64,000 bases of DNA from an uncultured Dehalococcoidales bacterium (lineage in GTDB: Bacteria; Chloroflexota; Dehalococcoidia; Dehalococcoidales; UBA5627): positions 26,558 to 90,557 of the forward strand of contig CAYNQR010000002.1 of NCBI GenBank assembly GCA_964399425.1, given 5' to 3'. Position numbers and translations under genes: made by a program. This document shows positions 42,425 through 51,909 of the stretch, piece after piece (the stretch's first letter is position 1; the number at the start of each line of letters is the position of its first letter). Under the pieces are notes generated by a model. That model was not told the origin of the DNA, made no database searches, and worked only from the letters and a program-made list of their open reading frames with translations.

Positions 42425-42701
42425 TTTATTAGAAAGGCGATGAGGGAGAAGAGTAGGTAGCAAGCTGCAGTCAGCGAGTCTGGTATGGTGGGAGCAGACC
42501 TGTAAATTCTATCGAAAATCACTCCGGAGCTGCCAACCGAAGGGCGTTGAAGCGAGTAGGCTTGGACGGATTTGTCCTCCGTTATCGATGACAGGGGCAT
42601 CATATATGCCTTATCGAGTGCCTCCGTTGTATGCGGGGGAATCCGGGTGGTACCGCGGGTTAATTTAATCCCGTCCCGAGTCAGGGGCGGGATATTTTTT
42701 T
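42425..42701 (+). promoter_or_regulatory. T-box leader (Ile specifier) with terminator
   Basis: The stem I elements are GGCGATGAGGGAGAAGAGTAGG. The specifier context is GAAAATCA, with ATC at 42518-42520. The T-box sequence AATCCGGGTGGTACCGCGGG lies at 42640-42659. The terminator is AATCCCGTCCC-gagtca-GGGGCGGGAT followed by a T7 run. Confidence 0.88.
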
Positions 42702-42715
42702 AAAGGGGAGTTTAT

Positions 42716-45700
42716 ATGTTTCAACCGGTAAACAGTAAAGCGGATTTTGCAAAACAGGAAGCGCAGATACTGGAATTCTGGCGTAAAGAGGATATCTTCA
42801 AGAAAAGCATAGAAGAGCGCAGCGCTTGTCCTCTTTTTGTCTTGTATGAAGGACCTCCCACCGCCAATGGAAATCCGGGGATTCATCATGTGCTATCGCG
42901 GGTATTCAAAGATGTGATACCCCGTTACAAGGTTATGAAGGGTTATTACGTGCCGCGCATAGCCGGTTGGGATACGCACGGTTTGCCGGTAGAACTGGGC
43001 GTGGAAAAAGAGCTTGGTTTTACCAGTAAATCCGATATCGAGAGATACGGCATAGCTAAATTCAATGCCAAATGCCGTGACAGCGTTTTCCGCTACCTGA
43101 AAGAATGGAATGCCATGACGGAGCGTATCGCTTACTGGTGCGATATGGAACATCCTTACATAACGATGGATAACAGCTATATCGAGAGCGGCTGGTGGAT
43201 AATCAAGCAATTGTGGGACAGGGGGCTGGTGTATAAAGGTTACAAGACAGCCGCACACTGCCCGCGCTGCGGCACTTCGCTCAGCTCTCACGAAGTAGCT
43301 CTCGGCTATAAGGAAGATACGGTAGACCCGTCGGTGTATATTAAATTTCGCGTTTCTGCCGATGCCGTCAAGGATATCAGTGAATGTCTTTACGGAAAAA
43401 CCGTCTATCTTATGGCTTGGACGACAACGCCCTGGACGCTGCCGGGCAATACCGGACTGGCGGTCTCCGCTGCGGCCGAGTACTCGGTGGTGGAGGTAGA
43501 GGGCGAGTATATAATAATGGCTTCCGCCTTGCTGGATTCGGTCGGGTTGGGCGGTAATCCCGTAGTGTTAAAAATCAAAGGCAGTCAACTTGAAGGAATA
43601 TCTTACCAGCCTTTATACAATCCGCACAAATATGGTGTCGACAGGTTGCGTTTTAAAAACTCCGGCAGTTCCGAACTGGAGCTGCAGCCCGCCGATGATA
43701 ACCTGACCTATCGTGTACTGGCTACCAATTTCGTATCCATGGAAGACGGTACCGGTATTGTGCATGTGGCTCCGGCGTTCGGTGAAGTGGACTTCGAGGC
43801 CGGTATGCAAAACTGCATGGACTTTGTGCAGCCGGTCGATTTGCAGGGTAAAATGACAGGCAACTACAGTTTTTCCGGCAAATTCGTCAAGAAAGCCGAC
43901 CCGATGGTCATCGAGGAATTAAGCGCCATGGGTTCGCTGTTTCGCAGTACAACCATCAGCCATACCTATCCCTTCTGCTGGCGCTGCGATACGCCGCTGC
44001 TCTACTATGTTAAACAGAGCTGGTATATCCGCACGACAGCCGTCAAAGAACGGCTTATCGAGAATAACAACATCATAAATTGGTACCCCGAGCATATAAA
44101 AGAAGGACGTTTCGGCGACTGGCTGAAGAATAATGTCGACTGGGCTTTTTCCCGCGAGAGATACTGGGGAACGCCGCTTCCGGTATGGCAGTGCGAATCC
44201 TGCGGCAGACTGGAATGCATCGGCAGCCTTGAGGAATTAACAAACAAGCAGGGAATAGAATCATCACTAGTGCTTAAGAGACTAGCCGGTGAACCTATGG
44301 ATTTACATCGCCCCTATGTCGATGATTTAGGCTTCGATTGTCCGGGGTGCAGCTGCCGGATGAAGCGTGTACCCGAGGTTATCGACTGCTGGTTCGATTC
44401 GGGAGCTATGCCGGTTGCCCAGTATCACTATCCGTTCGAGAATGAAACACTGCTGGCTGATGGCAGATTCCCTGCCGATTATATCTGCGAAGCAGTCGAC
44501 CAGACGCGCGGCTGGTTCTACAGTCTGCATGCCCTGTCGACACTGCTTTTCGATAAGCCGTGCTATGAAAACGTCATTTGCCTCGGTCATATTCTCGATG
44601 CCAAGGGCGAGAAGATGAGCAAGACCAAAAAGAACGTGGTAGAGGTGTGGCCGATTTTAAATAAATACGGAGCCGATGCGCTGCGCTGGTACCTGTTTAC
44701 CGCTACACCCCCCGGCAATGCGCGCCGTTTTTCGGAACAGCTGGTTTCGGAGGTGACGCATAAATTCATGCTGACACTCTGGAATACCTATTCCTTCTTT
44801 GTGCTGTATGCCAATATCGATAACTATAATCCGCTGACCGAAACGGGGAAAACGGTTCCTTCCACGCTTGACCTGTGGATTATTTCCGAATTGAACAAAC
44901 TGGTTGCCGATGTGGATAATGCGCTGGATAGCTACAATCCGACCGAAGCCGGCAGAAGGCTGGAAGGCTTCGTCGATGACCTCTCAAACTGGTATGTGCG
45001 CCGCAGCCGACGGCGTTTCTGGAAGAGCGAAAACGATACCGATAAACTCTCCGCGTATGCCACTCTCTACGAATGCCTGGTTACGCTTACAAAGCTGGTC
45101 GCTCCGTTTATGCCTTTTATGGCGGAGGAAATCTATCAAAATCTTGTCAGGGCTGTCGATAATAATGCTCCCTTAAGCGTTCACCTGGCTGAATTCCCTG
45201 TAGCCGACAAGAGCAAAATCGATGAGAATCTGTCTGCCGATACCAAACTGGCAATCAGATTATCCAGCCTGGGCCGCGCAGCACGCAGCAGGGCGCAGGT
45301 AAAAGTACGCCAGCCGCTGGCAAAGGTACAGGTAAAATTATTATCCGGCAGCGAAAAAGCCGGGCTTGAAAAAGTGAGAACACAGGTTATCGATGAGTTG
45401 AATGTAAAGGATATAGAGGTAATCGACGATATCAGCGGATTGGAAGAACAGGGGTGTGTCGTGGAAAGCGATGCCGGATACAGCGTCGTCGTCAATCCAG
45501 AAATTTCACCGGAACTCTTAAAAGAGGGGCTGGCACGCGAAATCGTGCACCGCCTGCAGAATATGCGAAAAGAAGCCGGTTTCGAAATCGCCGACCATAT
45601 CAAATCATATTACGAGGGTGGGGAATATGTCTGCCAGGTAATGAATGATTATAAAGATTACATAATGCATGAAACCCTGTCGGATGAAATTAAAGCGGGT

Positions 45701-45781
45701 GTTCCGGCAGAGGGAGTGCATTCGGAGAGCTATAAGATAAGCGGTTATGAGATGAAGCTGGCGGTTGTTAAAACAGTTTAA
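42716..45781 (+). CDS. ileS: isoleucine--tRNA ligase
   Basis: 1021 aa. HIGH (PTANGNPGIHH) and KMSKS (GEKMSKTKKN) are present, along with an editing domain and zinc-knuckle cysteines. Confidence 0.96.
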   Translation: MFQPVNSKADFAKQEAQILEFWRKEDIFKKSIEERSACPLFVLYEGPPTANGNPGIHHVLSRVFKDVIPRYKVMKGYYVPRIAGWDTHGLPVELGVEKELGFTSKSDIERYGIAKFNAKCRDSVFRYLKEWNAMTERIAYWCDMEHPYITMDNSYIESGWWIIKQLWDRGLVYKGYKTAAHCPRCGTSLSSHEVALGYKEDTVDPSVYIKFRVSADAVKDISECLYGKTVYLMAWTTTPWTLPGNTGLAVSAAAEYSVVEVEGEYIIMASALLDSVGLGGNPVVLKIKGSQLEGISYQPLYNPHKYGVDRLRFKNSGSSELELQPADDNLTYRVLATNFVSMEDGTGIVHVAPAFGEVDFEAGMQNCMDFVQPVDLQGKMTGNYSFSGKFVKKADPMVIEELSAMGSLFRSTTISHTYPFCWRCDTPLLYYVKQSWYIRTTAVKERLIENNNIINWYPEHIKEGRFGDWLKNNVDWAFSRERYWGTPLPVWQCESCGRLECIGSLEELTNKQGIESSLVLKRLAGEPMDLHRPYVDDLGFDCPGCSCRMKRVPEVIDCWFDSGAMPVAQYHYPFENETLLADGRFPADYICEAVDQTRGWFYSLHALSTLLFDKPCYENVICLGHILDAKGEKMSKTKKNVVEVWPILNKYGADALRWYLFTATPPGNARRFSEQLVSEVTHKFMLTLWNTYSFFVLYANIDNYNPLTETGKTVPSTLDLWIISELNKLVADVDNALDSYNPTEAGRRLEGFVDDLSNWYVRRSRRRFWKSENDTDKLSAYATLYECLVTLTKLVAPFMPFMAEEIYQNLVRAVDNNAPLSVHLAEFPVADKSKIDENLSADTKLAIRLSSLGRAARSRAQVKVRQPLAKVQVKLLSGSEKAGLEKVRTQVIDELNVKDIEVIDDISGLEEQGCVVESDAGYSVVVNPEISPELLKEGLAREIVHRLQNMRKEAGFEIADHIKSYYEGGEYVCQVMNDYKDYIMHETLSDEIKAGVPAEGVHSESYKISGYEMKLAVVKTV

Positions 45782-45801
45782 TCCTGTTAAAAACCGATAC
45801 C

Positions 45802-45834
45802 AAAAAGGGAGCGATAAAATCGCTCCCTTTTTGG
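45802..45834. terminator. bidirectional intrinsic terminator
   Basis: AAAAAGGGAGCGAT-aaa-ATCGCTCCCTTTTT lies between the convergent ileS and trpB2. Confidence 0.85.
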
Positions 45835-45848
45835 TTATGAAAGTTATA

Positions 45849-47210
45849 TTAGTTTACTTTGGGAAGATTGGCAAGCGCCTTCTTCATATCGTTATCGGAG
45901 AATGAAAAGTCCTGCAATCTGCCGCTGAGATACTCACCGTAAGCGGGGAGGTCGAAGAGCCCGTGTCCGCTGAGGCATATCAATATGTTCTTTTTCTCCC
46001 CTGATTCCTTGCATTTTACAGCCTCGTCGATGGCTACCTTGAGCGCATGAGTGGATTCGGGAGCACTTAAAATGCCTTCTGTTCTGGCAAACTGAATACC
46101 GGCTTCGAAAGTAGCCGTCTGTGGCACAGCGGTAGCTTCGATCAGTCCTAATTTATAAAGGTGTGAAATAATGGGTGCCATGCCATGGTAGCGCAAGCCG
46201 CCGGCATGAACCGGAGCGGGCATAAATTCATGCCCGAGAGTGTACATTTTCAATAACGGCGTCATTCCGGCAACATCGCCGAAGTCATAGGCATAAGGGC
46301 CTTTGGTGAGTGACGGCGAAGCCTGCGGCTCGACGGCAATAATGCGCATATCTGGTTTGGCTCCGCTGATTTTATCTCTCATCCACGGTAGAATCATGCC
46401 GCCGAAGTTTGAACCGCCGCCGACACAGCCGACTACGATATCCGGATATTCTCCGGCCATTTCCATCTGTATTCTGGACTCTTCGCCGATAACCGTCTGG
46501 TGCATCAGAACATGATTCAGAACGCTGCCGAGTGAATAATGGGTATCATCCCTCGAAACAGCATCCTCAACCGCTTCGCTGATAGCCAGTCCGAGGCTGC
46601 CGTTGCAGTTCGGGTCTTTTGCCAGCATATCCCTGCCGGCCTTGGTCTCGTTGCTGGGGCTGGCGACACAGGTGGCGCCGTAGGCTTCCATCATCATGCG
46701 GCGGTAGGGTTTGCTGTTATAGCTGACCTTGACCATGTAAACCTTGCATTCCATGTTGAAGAATTTACAGGCGATAGAAAGCGCGACGCCCCATTGGCCG
46801 GCGCCGGTCTCGGTCGAAATGCGCTTGATGCCTTCTTTTTTGTTATAGTAGGCCTGTGCGATAGCCGTGTTTAATTTATGGCTGCCCGCCGGACTGGTTC
46901 CCTCGTATTTATAATAGATTCTAGCCGGGGTATCCAGTTCTTTTTCCAGTTGATAGGCGCGGTGCAGAACGGTCGGCCGGTAGGTTTTGTAAATATCCAG
47001 AACCTCATCGGGGATTTCTATATAGCGTTCCGGGCTGAATTCCTGCATAATCAATTCCATGGGGAATAACGGGGTCAAATCGGGTGGAGTTAACGGCTGT
47101 CCCGTTCCCGGGTGTAATGCTGCAGGCAGCGGTTCGGGCAGGTCGGGCAGGATATTGTACCACTTGGTAGGCATATCTTTCTGACCGAGGAAATACATGG
47201 CTTCTTTCAT
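45849..47210 (-). CDS. trpB: tryptophan synthase beta chain, TrpB2-type (stand-alone)
   Basis: 453 aa, the long form. The PLP lysine region is GSHKLNTA, and GGGSNFGG is present. No other trp genes are nearby. Confidence 0.88.
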   Translation of the reverse strand: MKEAMYFLGQKDMPTKWYNILPDLPEPLPAALHPGTGQPLTPPDLTPLFPMELIMQEFSPERYIEIPDEVLDIYKTYRPTVLHRAYQLEKELDTPARIYYKYEGTSPAGSHKLNTAIAQAYYNKKEGIKRISTETGAGQWGVALSIACKFFNMECKVYMVKVSYNSKPYRRMMMEAYGATCVASPSNETKAGRDMLAKDPNCNGSLGLAISEAVEDAVSRDDTHYSLGSVLNHVLMHQTVIGEESRIQMEMAGEYPDIVVGCVGGGSNFGGMILPWMRDKISGAKPDMRIIAVEPQASPSLTKGPYAYDFGDVAGMTPLLKMYTLGHEFMPAPVHAGGLRYHGMAPIISHLYKLGLIEATAVPQTATFEAGIQFARTEGILSAPESTHALKVAIDEAVKCKESGEKKNILICLSGHGLFDLPAYGEYLSGRLQDFSFSDNDMKKALANLPKVN

Positions 47211-47258
47211 TTTTTAATCCTTCCTTTATAAATATTTTTTATATTCAATAATTACTCT

Positions 47259-47555
47259 AAAAAACAAAAAACCCTTCAACCTTATAAGGTTGAAGGGGCA
47301 TAGGCTTTACCTCTGCGGTGCCACCCTTCTTAGTCTAACTAATGTGAAAGACCATCTCTTTTCGGATACTTAATAATATCCTGGGATTCGATAACGCTTC
47401 CCCTGCGGTAAAACCTACCTGTAATTATTACTTTCGGTTTACGGCTCCCAGTCCCATTCGGTTTCTGCGCCGGCATCGGCTCACACCTTCCCCGACTCTC
47501 TGTGCTTCGCTGGAAAACTTACTATTCCTGTTCGCAGCCTTTGAATATTAAATTA
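47259..47555 (-). promoter_or_regulatory. T-box leader (probable Trp specifier) with terminator
   Basis: On the minus strand the stem I elements are GCGAACAGGAATAGTAAG and CAGAGAG. The specifier candidate is GAAACCGAATGGGA (UGG). The T-box sequence is AAGAAGGGTGGCACCGCAG. The terminator is CCCCTTCAACC-ttataa-GGTTGAAGGG followed by a T-run. A TTGACA-18-TATAGT promoter sits at about 47591-47562. Confidence 0.75.
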
Positions 47556-47735
47556 GTAACCACTATAAAACAAACTGCGCATCTTTGTCAAATCAGATGG
47601 AAAACAGGTAGAGCGAGCTTTTTTAAGTCATTTTTATGAGAATAGGGTTTGAAAGCCGGATAAGCATAAAAAAGCGGTTTATGATATAATTTTGTAAGCA
47701 TGTGCAAACGTATATATTCAGAGAGGAAACGTTAA

Positions 47736-48896
47736 TTGTACGATGCCTTAATTATCGGCGGGGGACCTGTAGGCAGTTATATCGCCAGAGGATTGGCTGC
47801 TAAGGGGCATTCGGTAGGCGTACTGGAAAAGGACGCCGGAATAAATAAAAAAATCTGCTGTACGGGGATAATCAGCAAGAACTGTTATCAGTCCTATCTT
47901 GCGGATAAGGATATTATCTTAAAGAAAGGAAAAAGCGCAAAGGTTTATTCCCCGTCCGGGAAAGTACTCAGTTTAGACCATAAAGAAGACCAGGCATATG
48001 TCATCGACCGCGCTGCTCTGGATTTCGCTATGGCGGCGGATGCCGTAGATGCCGGCGCTGAGTATCTGCATAACTGTACTGCCGGAAAACTCGAGGTCTT
48101 TAAAGACTATATATGTATGGATTATCAAAAAGGCAGCCGGTTTTACACATCTGAAGCCAAAATGTTAATCATAGCCTGCGGTTTTAATTCCGGCTTGTTT
48201 AAAGGGACGGGAAATGGAAAACCGCTAAACTATACAGTAGGTGCGCAAATCGAGGTGCATCACAGGGATATCGGAGAAATAGAGATATATACCGGAAAGC
48301 ACATCGCTCCCGGTTTTTTCGGATGGCTGGTACCGTTGGATGATAAAAAAGCCCTGGTCGGCTTAATGTCCAGACATACCCCAAATAAATATCTGAAAGG
48401 ATTTCTGTCTCTCCTTAAAGAGCAGGGGAAAATAGATGTCAACGGAGATATGCCTGCCTATCGGGGAATTACCCTGCAACCGCCGAAGAGAACATACGGC
48501 GAGCGTTTTATAGTGGTCGGGGACGCGGCCGGGCAGGTAAAACCCTTAACAGGCGGCGGCATTTATTTCGGGCTGCTTTGTGCCGATATTGCCGTCAATA
48601 ACATCGACAAAGCATTGAAAGATGGCGATTTGCGTGCCGTTAAGCTGGCAGCTTATGAAAAAGAGTGGAAAAAGAAACTGAATAAGGAACTGAGAATCTG
48701 CCGTATGGCTCGCGGTATATATTCACGCCTGAGTAACCGTCAAATCGACAGGATATTCGATATAGGCAACGGTTCCGGAATTATCGATGAAATAACCGCT
48801 TCGAATGAGCTCGATTTCGATTTTCACAGCAGGGTAATCCGCAAAGCAATCGCTTTTCCGGCGATATCGAAGTTGTTATTGAGCGGAATCTCTTAA
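47736..48896 (+). CDS. geranylgeranyl reductase family FAD-dependent oxidoreductase
   Basis: YDALIIGGGPVGSYIARGLA is the GxGxxG motif. VVGDAAGQVKPLTGGGI is also present. Confidence 0.8.
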   Translation: MYDALIIGGGPVGSYIARGLAAKGHSVGVLEKDAGINKKICCTGIISKNCYQSYLADKDIILKKGKSAKVYSPSGKVLSLDHKEDQAYVIDRAALDFAMAADAVDAGAEYLHNCTAGKLEVFKDYICMDYQKGSRFYTSEAKMLIIACGFNSGLFKGTGNGKPLNYTVGAQIEVHHRDIGEIEIYTGKHIAPGFFGWLVPLDDKKALVGLMSRHTPNKYLKGFLSLLKEQGKIDVNGDMPAYRGITLQPPKRTYGERFIVVGDAAGQVKPLTGGGIYFGLLCADIAVNNIDKALKDGDLRAVKLAAYEKEWKKKLNKELRICRMARGIYSRLSNRQIDRIFDIGNGSGIIDEITASNELDFDFHSRVIRKAIAFPAISKLLLSGIS

Positions 48897-48940
48897 TAGT
48901 ATAAAAATTATTAATAAATATTACTGGAAATGGAGAATGA

Positions 48941-49774
48941 ATGGATAACAATAACAAGGGAATTAAAATAGCTGAAGCTGCCGCCTGTTTTATTGACGGG
49001 TTATCGGCGGAAGAACGGGAAACTTATCAGCAGACAATCAGCCATTTTGCCCGCTGGTTTGGTAAAGACAGGTTTTTTGGCGAGCTTGCGCCCCCCGAAA
49101 TCGCTAATTATGCCGAAAGGCTGTCTATTTCGGATGCCGAATATACCAAAAAGCTGGAAATTGTACGGATTTTTCTTTCATACGCAAAGAAAGAGGGGTT
49201 AACAAAGTTAAATTTATCCACTCATTTAAAGTCCAGGAAGTGCAAGGCAAAAACAAGTAATAATAACGTAAAAAAAGATGCTCCGCAAAGGGTTGCTTTG
49301 ACATCCGAAGGTTATGAAAAGGTCAAAAACGAACTCGAGGAGCTCAAGAAACAGCGTCCGCAAGCCATAGAAGAAGTCAGCAAGGCTGCCGCCGATAAAG
49401 ACTTCCGCGAAAATGCCCCGCTGGATGCTGCCAGGGAAAGGCTGAGTCACCTGGAAGGGAAAATCATCGAATTGCAGGAAATCATTAAGAAAGCGGAAAT
49501 TATCGATGAATGCATAAAAGATAGCGACAGGGCAGGCATCGGCGATTGCGTAATATTGACCGATTTAAGCAACGCGGAAAAACTGGAATATACACTGGTC
49601 AGCGCCAGGGAATACGACCCTTCTAATGGTAAAATATCCGCTTCTTCCCCTCTCGGCAGGGCTATCGTCGGCAAATTCGCCGGCGACAATATCGATGTGC
49701 AGGTGCCGGCAGGAAAGCTGTGCTATAAAATCGAAAAAATAGAACATGCAAATAAATCTAAAAATAAGAAATAG
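48941..49774 (+). CDS. GreA-like transcript cleavage factor with N-terminal integrase-SAM-like (core-binding-like) domain
   Basis: The C-terminal ~160 aa is GreA-like (LTSEGYEKVKNELEELK, DFRENAPLDAARE, SSPLGRAIVGKFAGD). The N-terminal ~110 aa resembles the phage-integrase N-terminal domain (TYQQTISHFARWF, PPEIANYAERL, IFLSYAKKEGLTKLNLSTHLK). Confidence 0.7.
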   Translation: MDNNNKGIKIAEAAACFIDGLSAEERETYQQTISHFARWFGKDRFFGELAPPEIANYAERLSISDAEYTKKLEIVRIFLSYAKKEGLTKLNLSTHLKSRKCKAKTSNNNVKKDAPQRVALTSEGYEKVKNELEELKKQRPQAIEEVSKAAADKDFRENAPLDAARERLSHLEGKIIELQEIIKKAEIIDECIKDSDRAGIGDCVILTDLSNAEKLEYTLVSAREYDPSNGKISASSPLGRAIVGKFAGDNIDVQVPAGKLCYKIEKIEHANKSKNKK

Positions 49775-49855
49775 GGATAAAAAGTATTGACACTCTTTAC
49801 GCAAGAGTATAATCTAATAACCAGCCATATTAATTTTTAAGCGGAGGGTAAAACT

Positions 49856-50182
49856 ATGGGTAATACTTCTACCGGATTGCAGGAAAATATCGCAGCTTTA
49901 TTAAGTTATGTTTTGGGATGGGTTACCGGCCTGATTTTCTTTCTTATCGAGCCCAATAACAGGTTTATCAGGTTCCACGCCATGCAATCGATTATCGTTT
50001 TCGGAACATTTACTCTTCTCAGTATAATTTTCAACTGGCTTCCTTTCTGGTTTGTCCTCTGGCCGATTATTTCCATCCTTGCTTTTATACTCTGGGTTAT
50101 CCTTATAGTTAAAGCCTATCAGGGAGTTTATTTTAAACTGCCCTTAGCCGGCGACCTGGCCGAAAAGTGGGCGAATAAATAA
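49856..50182 (+). CDS. DUF4870-type small membrane protein
   Basis: LLSYVLGWVTGLIFFLIEPNNRFIRFHAMQS and three TM helices are present. Confidence 0.7.
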   Translation: MGNTSTGLQENIAALLSYVLGWVTGLIFFLIEPNNRFIRFHAMQSIIVFGTFTLLSIIFNWLPFWFVLWPIISILAFILWVILIVKAYQGVYFKLPLAGDLAEKWANK

Positions 50183-50281
50183 ACCCCGGTCAAATAACCG
50201 AATAATAAACCTGCTCCCCTCATAATCGATGAGCGGAGCAGGGTATTGTAAATCTGTGAATTCTACAGGAGCAGCGTTAAG

Positions 50282-50929
50282 ATGATACCGGTGATTTCTT
50301 TTATCGGCAGGCATAATTCAGGGAAGACCACTATCCTGGAAAAAGTGATTCGGGGATTAAAGGAAAAGGGTTATAAAGTAGCCGTAATCAAGCATCACAA
50401 AGGCGACTTCGAATTAGATATACAGGGAAAGGACACCTGGAGACTGGCGGAAGCCGGCAGCGATGTGGTGGTTATTTCCTCTCCGGGAAAAACAGCCGTT
50501 ATCCGGAAATCCGGGCAGGAATTAACGCTCGACCAGATAAAAGAGATGGTCAGTGATGGAATGGATATCGTCATCTCGGAAGGCTATAAATTCGACAATA
50601 AACCCAAGATTGAGGTATTCCGTTCCGAGGTAAGCGATAAAATCCTGACCGATAAAAAAGATTTGATTGCCCTGGTTACCGACCGCAAATTCGATATCGA
50701 TGTGCCGCAGTTTTCCTTGGATGATGCCGATGGTATCGTGGAATTTATAATCGAAAAATATCTAAAAAATAATGCATCTGCCGAAGTATCTCTGACTGTT
50801 AACGGAGTTCCTTTAGATATGAAACCCTTCATTCAGGATATGTTCATAAATACCGTCAGCGGGCTGGTAGCGGCGTTGCACGGAACCGAAAACGCCAGAG
50901 AAATTAAAGTCACCATTCGTCTTCCTTAA
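50282..50929 (+). CDS. mobB: molybdopterin-guanine dinucleotide biosynthesis adapter MobB (with ~50-aa C-terminal extension)
   Basis: The P-loop is GRHNSGKTT, and VAVIKHH and EGYK motifs are present. Confidence 0.85.
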   Translation: MIPVISFIGRHNSGKTTILEKVIRGLKEKGYKVAVIKHHKGDFELDIQGKDTWRLAEAGSDVVVISSPGKTAVIRKSGQELTLDQIKEMVSDGMDIVISEGYKFDNKPKIEVFRSEVSDKILTDKKDLIALVTDRKFDIDVPQFSLDDADGIVEFIIEKYLKNNASAEVSLTVNGVPLDMKPFIQDMFINTVSGLVAALHGTENAREIKVTIRLP

Positions 50930-50950
50930 TTATTAATCATAGGTGTTGTA

Positions 50951-51556
50951 ATGTCAGAAGCTGTAAGCGCCATTTTGCTTGCCGGAGGTAAAAGCTCGCG
51001 GCTCGGCACCGATAAAGCCAAAGTCAAACTGGACGGCGAGTCCGTTTTAATTCAGACCATTGCCGAAAAACTGTCTGCGGTAAGCGATGACATCGTGGTA
51101 TCGACGAACGGCAGGCGTTATGAGGATATAACGATACCCGTCAGGTGGGCAACCGATGTCAACCCCGGCGCCGGTTCCTTGATGGGATTATATTCGGGTC
51201 TCCTTTCAGTCAGATATGATTATGCCATCGCAGTTGCCTGCGATATGCCTTTTATAAATATCGAACTTCTAAAATATATGGTAGCGATGCCGCGCGATTA
51301 CGATGCGCTGCTTCCCATGATAGGGGATAAAACGGAACAACTGCATTCCATATATTCGAAAAGCTGTCTGCCCAAAATGGAGAAATTTCTGGGTTCGGGA
51401 CGTCTCAAGATAACGGCTTTTCTTGCTGAAATCGATGTCAAATATGTTTTCGAAGATATCATTAACAGATTCGACCCGCAGCACCTCGCGTTTTTCAATG
51501 TCAACACTGCCGAACAGTTAAAAGAGGCGCAGGATATTCTTAAAAACGAAGGGTGA
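50951..51556 (+). CDS. mobA: molybdenum cofactor guanylyltransferase
   Basis: AILLAGGKSSRLGTDKA is present, followed by a CDMPF motif. Confidence 0.9.
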   Translation: MSEAVSAILLAGGKSSRLGTDKAKVKLDGESVLIQTIAEKLSAVSDDIVVSTNGRRYEDITIPVRWATDVNPGAGSLMGLYSGLLSVRYDYAIAVACDMPFINIELLKYMVAMPRDYDALLPMIGDKTEQLHSIYSKSCLPKMEKFLGSGRLKITAFLAEIDVKYVFEDIINRFDPQHLAFFNVNTAEQLKEAQDILKNEG

Positions 51557-51596
51557 ATTAGTCTCACTAAATTCTCATTTATGAGTATTATTCACG

Positions 51597-51701
51597 AATG
51601 ATAATTTAATCGTTAATCCCGTAGGGACGGGCAATGCCCGTCCGCCAAATACGAAAACATAAATGCGGACGACCATTGGTCGTCCCTAGGTTTTTTATTT
51701 T
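51597..51701 (+). repeat. dispersed double-hairpin repeat, copy 3 (sRNA-like: two hairpins plus U-tract)
   Basis: GGACGGGCAATGCCCGTCC lies at 51625-51643. The linker is GCCAAATACGAAAACATAAAT. GGACGACCattGGTCGTCC lies at 51667-51685. A TTTTTTATTTT run lies at 51691-51701. Confidence 0.8.
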
Positions 51702-51909
51702 GTCATCCTTGCCGAGCGCAGCGAAGTATCTGAATACAATTCGATGTTCACCATAGTTATGGTTCGACAGGCTTAAGGATGAACGGAGCTTGCCGAATCC
51801 GTAGCGGCGGACATACCCCGTCAGGCATCTTAGAAGCATCTCTTTTTCATCTTCATCATTCTATAAGAGGAATTGGGGCATTGGATGCATAATAAGCAAA
51901 GATTATTTA

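Noticed and set aside
50205-50245. A 14-bp hairpin (CCTGCTCCcCTCAT-aatcg-ATGAGcGGAGCAGG) between the DUF4870 gene and mobB.
   Set aside because: There is no U-tract and no conserved motif I recognise. It is probably a weak terminator or stabiliser, and there is not enough evidence to call it a feature.
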